A stretch of 63,977 nucleotides of DNA, the filler included, from Intoshia linei (taxonomy: Eukaryota; Animalia; Orthonectida), in NCBI GenBank assembly GCA_001642005.1. It is 12 parts of 12 records of this genome, joined end to end, with 100 filler letters (N's around TTAATTAATTAA, not from the genome) between each part and the next. Parts side by side here need not be neighbours in the genome. Positions count along the whole stretch, not along the records: positions 1 to 16,889 come from LWCA01000832.1; positions 16,990 to 20,178 come from LWCA01002126.1; positions 20,279 to 27,093 come from LWCA01001640.1; 9 more parts are not named here. One strand, given 5' to 3'. Position numbers and translations under genes: made by a program. The number at the start of each line of letters is the position of its first letter. Position 1 is the stretch's first letter. Positions 11,501-23,500 of this stretch are shown one piece after another. Below the pieces are notes generated by a model, which saw only the letters and a program-made list of their open reading frames with translations, made no database searches and had not been told where the DNA came from.

Positions 11501-13727
11501 ATTATATCATTATTTGGTGAAGCCTCAATTTTTCGCATTTTAATTTTTTTACAAAAATCTTTCAATGTAAATTTTTCATTATTTTCATATTCCTCTATGT
11601 CACTATTCTTCATGGTAGATCTTGTCGATTCACTGGATCTACAAGTTCTTTTTTTTCTTTCAGACACATTTAAAGGATATTTATGTTTAACAGGCGATTT
11701 TACTCGAGTTTTCAAATTAAGTATTAAATTTAATTTAGAGGATGTAGATTCTGAATATTTAATTTCTCCATTTCGTTTCATTTTCGAGAGAAATGACAGC
11801 TGACATTCGCTACTCGCATAATCAACGTGAATCTTATGAGATCGGATTGTTGTACCAACCAAACAACCAATAGCGTTTGCTGCATCGTCCAAGTTATGAT
11901 AGAATAAAAGGGATTTAAAAGAAACATTATCAATCAAGACATGATAACAACAAGAAAGAACATTGGAAGGAAAATCAGACTCTTTGGTTGATGTCGGTAA
12001 GTTACCAAGCCAAATGCATACAGATTCAGTCGATTTTGCAAACGACACAGTCAATCTATTAGTGTCAAACATGGTACCATTTAATTTATTTATTGCATTA
12101 ACCGCCGTCGTAATTTCAGTGAACTGAACAAATACGTATGCCACCATTTTTTGTTTGATATGGAAATCTACTACTTCCCCAAACGTCTCACATAATGTGC
12201 GTAAATCTTGAAAGTTCGAATTTTTACTGATATTACCGATATAAATGGTTTTGGAAGCCCTAGAATGATATTCCGTCACAGGTACAATTTTTCTGTAATC
12301 TTGGGTATGGTGTCTTTCCTTTTTATACAAATATTTAGAATTATATGGCTGGTGGGTAAATAATACTCTTTCATTAAAAATTTTCTTGTAAATAAGTGCA
12401 TTCTTCATTTTGGAAATCTCATCTGTATAGCATTTTATATGAACACTGCGTCTGTCAGAATGGCCATAAATTGTAAAATCTTGTTTAGATAGATATTTCG
12501 ATAATTTAGAGTACAAATGATTTTCTAAATCTCGATAATGATAATTAACTAGTTCACTTATTATGAAAACTTCCTTCTCATAGCTTCCGTAATAATTACT
12601 ATATCTGGTATTTTTTTTACTGTTATTGCGATAATGACAATCGTGTTGTTTGGACGAATGAGAATAACGTCTAGAATTAACTTTTTTTGATGAATCGTGA
12701 GACGATATTGACACAGAAGAAGTTGCTCTTCTACTTCGATGAGAATGCGTATATTTGTTTTTTTCATCGTTGGACACGGAAGAATTTGAATTTTCCACTC
12801 TTTTAGAATGTAATTTAGTATTTTGTAAATTTTCTGTTGATGAAGCCCATCTGTTATTATCACTAGAACTACTGGTATTATCAGCTTTCTTGTCTACTTT
12901 TTTAGATCGACTGTAGTAATCGTTTGTATAATTGCGTTTATAAGATTCCTTTTTTTTGGTGTATTCATATTTATATCTCTTGGGGTTTGAATTGTGTCTC
13001 CGGTTTTTATGTTTAGTTGTACTTGCTTTGTAGGAATTTGAAGTGACAGTTGAGTCAGAATAGGAATAAGAGTGATCTGATGAAGACGATTTTCTATATC
13101 TTTTTGATAACCTATTTTTTCGTCTACTTTTATGTGAACTAGCACTGGAACTAGACAACTGACCGGAAGACGAAGTGAATGCATCTGAAGTTAAATTTTT
13201 GATAAATTTTTTATTCTTTATTTTATCTGGAATTAAGTCACTTATACTGGTTTCTCCATCCTGAAAGCATTTATCTGAAGTACATATTTTTCGTTTTATA
13301 AGATTAATTTTTGTTTTATGTCTATTAGAAATCAATTCATTGTCAATAGAGCAGAAGCTCAATTTGAGAACAGAGTCATCCAACATTATTCCAGTGTTTT
13401 TTGCGTTAATTGCTGAATTAATTTGTTCAAAAGTAACAATGGCAGAAAAAGGAACAGACTTAGGTTTAAAGAAATTCGATGTAATTCGGATTTTAAATAT
13501 TAGTCCAAACCTAAATAAATGATAAATATTTATGTAGTATGATACAGCTCAAATGCAAATACATAATAGTATAAGAATACATTTTAAATTGTAAATAAAA
13601 AAAATGAAATCTTTCCTTACAATTTAACAAAATATTTAAATTACTTTGATAGTAAACTAGTCAATTTGGCAGCATCTATATTACGCCAATTGCAAATTAC
13701 TCTTAAATTTCTTGTTTCTTTATCCAT
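8550..13727 (-). CDS. SPEN: SPEN/SHARP ortholog, about 1643 aa; exons 13727-13645, 13510-9145, 9108-8902, 8862-8713, 8675-8550
   Basis: N-terminus MDKETRNLRV (cf. MVRETRHLWV) with RRM1 split by intron 1; Ser/Arg-rich region; RRMs (SKTIYIGNI..AYVFVQF; CIWLGNLP..IHVDYAS); C-terminal SPOC (YQFVWKGIFQLK..MHYISGN..ITQRMKL..YLSSKNSAG..HLILIVKSS*). All introns are GT-AG and in phase. Confidence 0.92.
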
Positions 13728-14452
13728 AATTGAAAATAATTTAGATCTCTAATTAAAATGTACAAATTATTAAACCACAAAGTACCTTTATTTTTTGAAG
13801 TATCAAATAGTATCCATGTTAGAATTTTCAAATTTCAATTTAGATATAAATATAAACCTATAAATTACTTTTCATCCGTTTATCATTAAAAAAATGGGTT
13901 TCGAAATTTGGAAGTGGACACGTACATAATGGTTACCGAAAAATAAACATTTCAACAAGGCAATTGTTTATTTGGAGACTGTTTCTCGTTTTATTTGTAA
14001 TGTTAGTATCAAAGCAATTTAACAGCTACTAAGGATGTGTAATTACATTTATGGTAACAGAATATTTATTTGAATAATACATTGTGATTTTGTAATGCAG
14101 AATCTGAATACTGTGGATTTCATAGATTTGTTGTTGGATGATTAATATTTTGTATCCGAAAACAAGTAAAAATAAAATAAGCAATCGTACTGGAATAATG
14201 TGGTTTATTGTCTACATACCATTTATTCACTATTTTGATTAGTATTTTTTCAATTTAAGCATGGTATTTTATAATTCCCTACTTATTAATATTACAAATT
14301 ATCTTTGAATTACTCAAAACATGATAACAAAAACAAATTAACAAATTGTGGACTCCACAATACGAAATAAACTTTACTAAATATAAAAATGTGTTATGTA
14401 AACATAGATATCATTGATTTATCACTCAATTTTCAGAGAATAACATTTTTAA

Positions 14453-16229
14453 ATGACAGATGAGATCGTACCAGATAGTTGGCAGGATATTAATTATGAT
14501 AAGGACTCTGAAAAGGTCGAAATGAATTTAATTAAGGGAATAGATAAAATTGAAATCACGGAAACAAACAAAGGTTGACCAAATTAACATAGTTTAATAT
14601 GTAATTAGAATCAACCACTATTAAACCCAAAAAGAGTAAAAAAGAACATATTAACATAATATTTATAGGCCATGTCGGTAAGTTTAATATTTCAATACCT
14701 ATTTATGCTTAGATGCGGGTAAATCCACAATTGGAGGAAATATAATGTATAATAATCTGTATAAAATGGCTTTATTGTTTTGTAGGTATCTGACTGGAAT
14801 GATCGATAAAAGAACACTTGAAAAATACGAAAGAGAAGCAAAAGAACTGAACAGAGAAAGCTGGTATTTGTTAATTTACTATTTTACTCGTTAGGTACCT
14901 TTCATGGGCATTAGATATTAATGTTGAAGAGCGCTTAAAAGGAAAAACAGCCGAAACGGGTAGAGCTTTTTTTGAAACAAAAAACAGAAGATATACTTTA
15001 TTGGATGCTCCAGGGCATAAATTATTCGTTTCAAATATGGTTGAGAATGCCTCTCAGGCAGATGTTGCAGTATTGGTAATATCTGCGCGACGTGGAGAAT
15101 TTGAAACTGGTTTTGAAAGAGGTGGTCAAACTAGAGAACATGCTATGCTTGCAAAGACGGAGGGGATTAGACATTTAGTTGTAGCTATAAACAAAATGGA
15201 CGACCAAACTGTAAATTGGAGTAATGACCGGTATTAATCCTTATGTATTTTGTAATTTATTTTAGATATGAAGAAATTAAATTAAAATTAACACCATACC
15301 TTAAAAAATTAGGATATAACACCCGAACCGATATTCATTACATACCCCTCTCTGGGTTTAAAGGAACAAATGTTGACGTGATAGACAAAAAAGCAGCACC
15401 TTGGTATGAGTAAGTAATTCTAATATTTTTTTATATTTATTTAGAGGAGTGTCACTTTTACAACATTTGGATACGTTACCTATTCGTACGAAATGTCTAG
15501 ATTACCCTGTTAGATTGCCAATTATGGGAAGGTTTAAGGTAATACGCTTTATATTTTTTATCAATATTAGGATATGGGTACTTTTATTAGTGGTAAAGTC
15601 GAATCTGGTATTATTGAAAAAGGAAAAACTTATGTAATAATGCCAAACCGGGTAATTTTTTAGTGATATTTATGATCCATTTTTTAGGTACAAGTTGAAA
15701 TAGCTAGTATTACGAGTGATGATGTTGATTCTAAAACAGCCAGTGCAAATGAAAATGTAAGCATAAAACTAAAAGGAGTTGAACCAGAGGTTGAATATCT
15801 GTTATAAGTATATATTACATTTTAGGATATATCAGCAGGATTTGTGCTTTGTTGTTCTTTAAACCCATGTTCTGTGGGTACAATTTTTGACGGACAGGTT
15901 TTATTTATAGGTTTAAAATTTAAATCAAATAGATTGTAATAATTGATGGATCTTATATGATTACAGCCGGTTTTAATGCGCTGATGCATCTTCACACTTC
16001 CGTTCAACCAATAACATTTAAGGTAAACTGACGTCTATATAATTTAATTGCCTATAGAATATTATTTGTACCATTAATCGAAAATCTAATAAAAAAGAAA
16101 AAATATTTCCAGTTATGATTAAACAGGACGAAATTGCTATTGTCAGAATTGTTGTCACTAATGGAATGGTTTGTATAGAACCATATAGTATTTTCCCACA
16201 AATGGGTAGATTTGTTTTACGAAATGAAG
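14453..16229 (+). CDS. GSPT1: Eukaryotic release factor 3 (GSPT/Sup35), multi-exon; last exon not found before the spacer at 16890
   Basis: KEHINIIFIGHV|DAGKSTIGG, DKRTLEKYEREAKE..RESW|YLSWALD, DAPGH, EFETGFERGGQTREHAMLAKT, INKMDD, PQMGRFVLRNE|. Confidence 0.93.
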
Positions 16230-16889
16230 GTAATGATACATTATCATTAATAATATAATGTGTATATCTGATTCTCAAAAAACTATTCTTAATTCAAGAA
16301 TTACCATTTTTAATGTATTTTTACTTCGACATGCATGTGAGAATCATTAACATGAGATATTATTACGACCTAATCATTTTTTTGCCATTGGTATAATTAT
16401 TAGGGATGATTCTATAAGTTGAAATATTGCGATATATTGTTAAGGTCGGGAAATTAAGCTAGTATTCATATTTAGATTACTACATGAGTTTAATTTTCAC
16501 AAACAGATTCTGGTTGAGTTGCAGAAAGAAAATGAAATTTTTAACAAAAAAACATTAATGGAATATATACAGTGCGCGCAATAAACATAGGTCCAACTGA
16601 TTTATATTATTTTTTGGTCTATTAACATTAATTTTCATGAATATTTCATTTCTATTATAAAAGGTATTAAAAAGTATGCTTGTTGATACCATTATTTTTA
16701 TTCTGCCACCTTTATATGAAAAGTTATCAGACAAATCGCTAATTAGCAGCGCAATAAACATAGATACTTCACATTAAAATCACTTTTTTTCATTCACGTA
16801 CGGTTCAACAGGTTATATGTAATTGTTCCCACCTTCAATGGAGTAAACGACACCATGCTCCGGTCCTTTCAAAAGCTCATAAAGAAAAT

Positions 16890-16989
16890 NNNNNNNNNNN
16901 NNNNNNNNNNNNNNNNNNNNNNNNNNNNNNNNNTTAATTAATTAANNNNNNNNNNNNNNNNNNNNNNNNNNNNNNNNNNNNNNNNNNNN
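16890..16989. other. Artificial spacer (first of 11; others at 20179, 27094, 31213, 33918, 44706, 52880, 58356, 59727, 61631, 62849)
   Basis: Each is 44 N + TTAATTAATTAA + 44 N = 100 nt. Confidence 0.97.
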
Positions 16990-17400
16990 TCGTTAAATTC
17001 GGATATAATATCAGAGTAATATGGATCATGATTTATTTTATTATATGATATATGTAATATGTTGGGATTGCTTAACTGTATTAGTTTTAACTTTATTGCT
17101 AAATCGCATCCAATGATGTTTGCCTCATTAGTGATAAAGAAAGACTGTCTCGGCTTTAAAGGATGTAATTGAAGCTTAACTAAGCCCATGTGTTTGATTT
17201 TATCATTAGAATAAGTTCGAAGGCATAGGGAGATAGGTTCTATTTTTATTTTATCCTTAAATTTTTTAAATAAATCTGCGTTAATTGTATTCACAGCTGA
17301 ACCAATATCAATTAAATATTTAATTAAAATAACCCCATCAGAAGCAGTAGTTGGTACCGTTGCGAATATAGAATTTTGTATTTGCTCAATCTGGATAATG
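16990..17400 (-). mobile_element. Ty3/Gypsy aspartic protease remnant
   Basis: SIFATV...IKYLIDIGSAVNTINAD...IIGCDLAIKLKLI; catalytic DTG changed to DIG; cut by the spacer. Confidence 0.75.
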
Positions 17401-17443
17401 TTTTATCAATGTTTCGGAGATAATATTTATTAAGATTACAATC

Positions 17444-20178
17444 TGTAATGATTTAGATATTTAATATTTAAAGTAAAATATCCCTAAGTGAAACTAGTCA
17501 ATGAGCTAATAAAATGTCTTAAATTAATAATCTAAATGTTTAGTCTTATAAAATTTTCGTAAATAAGAAAATTATAACATATTAGTAGTGTGTATCGTTA
17601 ATATGGTTTAATTAGTTCGACAAAATAATATAATCTTGTATCTTTAGGATATTTCAATAATTGGTGTTGCCAGAATTCTACTATAAGTTTATTGTTAGGT
17701 ATAGTAATGGATCCATTTACGTTACTCCTCCCCCTCAAAAGAAAAGGAAACAAAATCAATATAGTTTTTGGTAGTTGGCGATGACGTGTTGAATTTGAAG
17801 ACATTAGTTCAAGTTCTTTATCATAGATTGGTTTTAGTTTTTGTTTAGTTTTATTTCTCTCTATAAATGGAAGTTGTTTGGTTTTCAGTGGGAGATTTTT
17901 TTTATATAAATTGTAATGATAGTTTTTTGAATTTTTCTATCATAGTAGGTTTTTTACTGATGTTTGTGTTTGATGGAATTTAAATTTGAGAGCTTTGCGA
18001 TTGATTCACGACTTAAAATATTTAAGTTGTTTATAGGCATGGTTAATGCTTTATCATATATCATTTCGGCTAATGATATATTTGTTCTACTCGACTGAGT
18101 GTTACGTAAATTCATTAATATGAATGGAATACAAATGTCCCAGTTATTGTTTAAGGGATTCAAAGTTCGTAGGCGGTCTCGAATTGTGCGATTCAATCTT
18201 TCCATTAAACCCGTACATGTATGTTTGTAGGGTATTCTAAACGTTTGTTTAATACCGCATTGTCTGCAAAGTTCTTTAACTAACTTAGATTCAAATTGCT
18301 TGGGATGTTAGTTCTGAAGTTATATTTGGTAAAGCTACTGCTTCCGCTCAGTTGGTGTGGTAATCTATCATGGTGAGTATGTAGCGATTTACCGCTTCCG
18401 TCTCAGTGAGTGGACCCAAAAAGTCAAGTTCCCATCGTTCATTAAAGTGTTCACTGTTTGATTGATTCAAAAGTTTGTTTCTCAAACGTCTTCCTGATTT
18501 TCCTAAATTGCATGCTTTGCATATCATTACTTCCGTTGTGATCTGTCTATTCATGTTGGGCCAAACGTAATAGCGTTTTATATTTTTTATTGTATTGTTA
18601 ATTCCTTGATGTGAAGAAATTTATTATTTGCATTAATTATTAACAAATTGGCATTAATTCTAAATCTACGGCAGCAAATAATGATTGTGTCGGGTTTAAT
18701 TTTTTTTATATGTAAGATATTGGTTTACCATTCTGAAATAGAACCGCTCCTAGACCTATATGTGATGCGTCAGTTCTATATAGAATTGTTTAGTAAAGTC
18801 TGGGTTTGCCAAAACAGGTGGATTTGTTATTATTAATTTGAGTTTGTCCAAAACTGACTGTCATTCTTCATTCCATTTTAAATTTTTGTGTTTTATTTGT
18901 TCATATAGCACACTGGCAATGGATTTAAAGTTTGGTATATACTTTTGAAGATAAGCAAACATTCCCAGTATTCGACGAAGTTGTTTGATTGTTGTCGGCG
19001 TTGGAATCGTCTTGATTGCTTCTGTTTTATCAGGGTCTGCCTTTATTCCTTCAGAGGTTACAAGATGGCCCAAGAATTTTACAGATTTAGCGCCTATTAT
19101 ACATTTTTTTGGATTTAGTTTTAATCCTGCTTTTGATATGGCATCCAATGTTGTTTTTAAAATATTTTTGTGATTATGTATATATATTGTTGCAATCATT
19201 ACATAGTCTAAATAAATATGAACATTTGGTCCATTAATCGTTGGCAGGTTGAGGGGGCGTTTTTTAGACTTTGTGGCATTACTCGGTATTGATAGGGTTT
19301 AGCCCCAAATCCTGTTGTAAAAGCTGTTTTAAACCGATCACTTCTGTTTAAAGGTATTTGCCAGTATCCTATCTGGAGGTCCAATGTGGAGAAACATGTT
19401 TGTTCACTCAATGAATTTAAAATATTTTCAACGTTTGCGTGGGGATAGCTTTCACTGTGGGTTATTTTGTTAATTTCTCTAAAATCTCCCAATAGGCGAT
19501 ATGAGCCATCTTCTTTTTGAGAAAATGAGGTACGTGGCAAGTGCTTTTAGATGGTTCTATCTGTTTTTCTTTTATCATATTTTATATTATCTCATGTTCA
19601 AATCGTTGCATATGCTTGATGTTGCATAATTTTTTGCCACTGGATGTTTTGCATCTTCTATGAAGGGTATCTCGTGATTAATTAAATTTGTTAATCCGGG
19701 TATGGTATCGAATGCGTCAGAATTTTGAATAATTGTTTTGTATTTATCATTTATATTGTTAGATATTAATATGCTATTTACTTAACGTGTGTTTATAAAT
19801 CCTAATTTCAAAGAGTCTGTTAATCCTAATAAATTTTCTGTGTTTTGGGTTATCATAAATTCAGGATAATTGTGTTTATCCTTAATTTCACTTTTCCGAT
19901 CACAGGCAAACGTTGATTGTTAACCGCCAACAAGGTTTCGTTAGTATTTTGAATCTGGGGAGTAACGCTGAATTTTTCCAATGTCTCTTAACTTATGAGC
20001 TAGTATAACTAATAAAATTAACTTTTACCTCAGAACCTTTTGTTGACAGCTTCACATTTTCACACAGGTTTCCATTTTCGACCAAACGTACTTTCTTGTT
20101 GTAGTAATTGTTGTTTTGGAAGGGTTTTTGTGTATTATTGTTTAAATTTTTATAGGTTTTCATGATACTTATCAATTG
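17444..20178 (-). mobile_element. Decayed Ty3/Gypsy LTR retrotransposon (gag end, PR, RT, mostly deleted RNase H, IN, PPT, candidate 3' LTR)
   Basis: RT motifs FSTLDLQIGYWQIPL, KTAFTT, MPQSLKNAPST, YLDY (for YLDD), GLKLNPKKC, KFLGH. IN motifs SHQG..WPNM..CKAC, LDFLGPL, ERLNRTI. RT-IN order is gypsy-type, with many stops and frameshifts. PPT GAGGGGGAGG at 17736-17727 is followed by AGTAAC; LTR end at about 17472 or 17444. Confidence 0.9.
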
Positions 20179-20394
20179 NNNNNNNNNNNNNNNNNNNNNN
20201 NNNNNNNNNNNNNNNNNNNNNNTTAATTAATTAANNNNNNNNNNNNNNNNNNNNNNNNNNNNNNNNNNNNNNNNNNNNTAATATTAGCATCTGTTACAAG
20301 TCACCGAATTACAAAAAAAATAAATATTTTGGTTAGATCTTGAGTGTATTACATAGCATTATATGATTTGTCTAAAAATTTGACACAGTGTGTA

Positions 20395-20597
20395 CAGTCA
20401 ATAATGTTCTATATGAACATCCTAGAATATCAACTCAGCTATATGAACACGAAAATTTTGTTTGAACAAACATTGATTGGACATTTCAATACTTATAATT
20501 ATATTATTATCGCCATTCATATATGTTCATATTAAATTATAGTATGAACATGATCAAAACCTGCTCCCCTAATGTTCATATAGAACAAAATCGACTG
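20395..20597. mobile_element. MITE of Tc1/pogo type, 203 bp
   Basis: 26-bp TIRs CAGTCAATAATGTTCTATATGAACAT / CAGTCGATTTTGTTCTATATGAACAT (3 mismatches), flanked by TA on both sides. Confidence 0.8.
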
Positions 20598-23500
20598 TAT
20601 TTCAAATATTTTATAATTTATTAATATTATTTTATTTATTTGCGTAGATCGTAAATGTTTAATAAATTTGTTATTTGATTTAAATTAGGGGTCAACAACG
20701 AAGGGCTTGATGAATTTTACTAATTTTTTAAATGCAGAAAATTTACTAAACTATGGAAACACTGAAAACTATTTTTATAAAGAATATTATTATAGACGGA
20801 GTTTACTGTAATTAAGTCTAAAATAAATGCACTATTGTTAATTGATTAATTAACAATAGTGCATATATACGTGAAAAACTCTGTATAATGTGACTTACGA
20901 ATTTTTTCTATAAATGTCGTTTGAAATTATTTATGATATTTGTGTACTCCTTCACATATTTTCGCATCAAGATTCCTATTATTACTATTACATATAGAGA
21001 ATTATCAATATCCAGCAATTCTAAAAAAGTGTTGTTAAGAAATCTCATAAAAACTTAAAATTAAATAAAATGTATGAAAGGTTATTTAACGGCGAAATCG
21101 CAATACCAAGTGAGGTGGTGTGATTTTAATTAATTCATAATTTTTAAAAAAACATACAATCCCTATCAAAGTATTTATATCTACATTTTAATTATTACTA
21201 GACTAATATTATTACTAAACCAAATAAATAATTACACAATTAGAAAGTAAATGCACTCTTAAAAATAATATAATGCACTCAAAATATAATAATATCATGA
21301 TTTATAATCGAGTTCTGCACGGATGACATTCTTAAAATTGTAAAATTAAAGTTTGTATCGGAAAATGTTTATTTCTACTCATCTTCTGACTGACATGTAC
21401 AATTATCCAATGGATATTGTACATTTATTAATTTGGCATGTGTTAAGAACCGGTATTAATAACATTTAATCTTCAAATTTAAAATACACAATAAACAAAA
21501 AACATTACATCTGGACTAAATTATTAACATTATTAACAATTAATGTAAAAAATTTATTTTTTCAACTGTACTCACCAAAATACACTTGAATATTTAAATC
21601 GTTTCTGATCCGTGTAAGCGATTTATCTTTCCACATCTTTGCAATTTGACAGGTACCATGACCTTAGAAAAAAAATTGCAGAGCTCTAATTCACAATATG
21701 GACTATATTAATTAATTAACTATAATCATAGACAGTAATATTAAACGAAATTGACTGTAAATAATATTCAATGCATATGTTACCATATTTTTTTAGACAG
21801 TAAAATTAAAATAACAAAAACAGTATTTGATATAACTATATTCATACACCATATTACTATATGATAAACTAGATCAGTGCCAACAAACTTTTTGACGGGT
21901 CCCGTAAGCAAGAAAAAAATCAGCGAAAAATGTAGGATTATATTATATTTTTTTTCCTCCATTCATTATTTAATACAGCTGTTACTAACCTTTTTTAGCG
22001 GTTCCATGAATTTATCAATTTTATTTACCAACGGATTGTTAAGCATTTATTTATACCGCTTTAATCTTATATTGATTTATTAATAATAATATAGTACGTA
22101 AAACATAAATCAATCCAAATTAATTTTTTTAAATGATATTTTTATAATCAATTTATAATACTAGTTTCTCGTAATTAATTGAAATAAATGTGAATACATT
22201 TTTATACAAATTTGTTATCCTACGACAACTAAAGAGTACGTTGTAGAGGGTAAATAATGTCTAATATAATTNAGTACGTTGTAGAGGGTAAATAATGTCT
22301 AATATAATTAATATTCGTTGTATATCAGGGTCAATATGATACGACCATTGTATACAGATTATTATTATAATTATTAAGTTAATTTATAAATTTTTAAATT
22401 TCCTGTTTAAAATAACACTACTTTTAAATTTTAAATAAACATATTTATTTACCGTAATAATTTTATTATTAGTCGGTAATATTTTTTTAAAATATGTGTA
22501 TTATTATTAAATTAACAAGGATGTTGCCAGCATTACTATTAAGATATCATCAGTGTTAATATATTCATTAATACAGTCGAAAGACCAAAATTATGGAAAC
22601 TGCTTAATGATACACTTGCTTTTCGACATTAAATATGCTTCTTTAGTTCAGAATTTTTTATTTTAAATCAAAAAAATGGGATTCATAGTTTCAAAAAAAA
22701 TCTTTGATTTCAATATACAGTAGTGTAGTGATTAAATTTGACAGATAATATGTTTTATATTTCAATTTCCTACAGAATTTAGTCAAGTTGCAGATATTGC
22801 ATGCATTGTTATATCAATGTCGATAAAAATATTAATGCTTTATTAACTATTGACTATATTATATTAACAATTATCAATGCTATTCAGATTTTTTGATTTA
22901 ATTTTTTTGCCAGCAAGAAAAAACAATCATTATTGACTTTAATTGTTTATGTCCATGAAATTATTAAACTCTTTAATATAATAGGATGTAATACATTGAA
23001 TCTATAATATAATAAAAATATTATATAATAATGTTAAATGTTGCCCAACTTATAAAACTAGCAAACAAAAAACATTATATTATTAAATAAATTAGAATTT
23101 CCACAATTGGCTATATTTATATAAATGTTAATTACAATTAGAAATTTGAAAAATATATAATTTATGTTACGTTATCAAGGTATGATTTGTCAAAGTTTCA
23201 ATATTTTGCTAAAAATCTATAAATTTGATTAAAAATAAATAGATTTTGGGTTTAATTTTGAAAAGTGCTCTCCTCAATCAACTGTGGATGAATTTGAAAT
23301 TAAATTGAAACATTCTCATTTATTTTGAGAACGATTAAGATCCATCCCTAACTGTAAAGGAAAATAATACATTGGAAAAAACCACTTGACACCCCATTGG
23401 AGATTGCTCTATTGTTTATCTTAATTGGCCTACCTCATATTGGTGTGTTTTTAATAGATTAAGATTTTCCCTATCGTTTTATTATTGATATTACACTAGG

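Noticed and set aside
9500-13522. Plus-strand ORFs (9500, 9866, 10682, 11093, 13340) and alternate-frame ORFs (12561, 12894)
   Set aside because: Shadows of the long SPEN exon; no domains.
16934-16945. Recurrent TTAATTAATTAA as a biological repeat or CRISPR-like unit
   Set aside because: Always centred in N runs; synthetic linker. No CRISPR array is present.
22234-22310. 38-bp direct repeat
   Set aside because: Exact copies around a single n; contig-overlap artefact.
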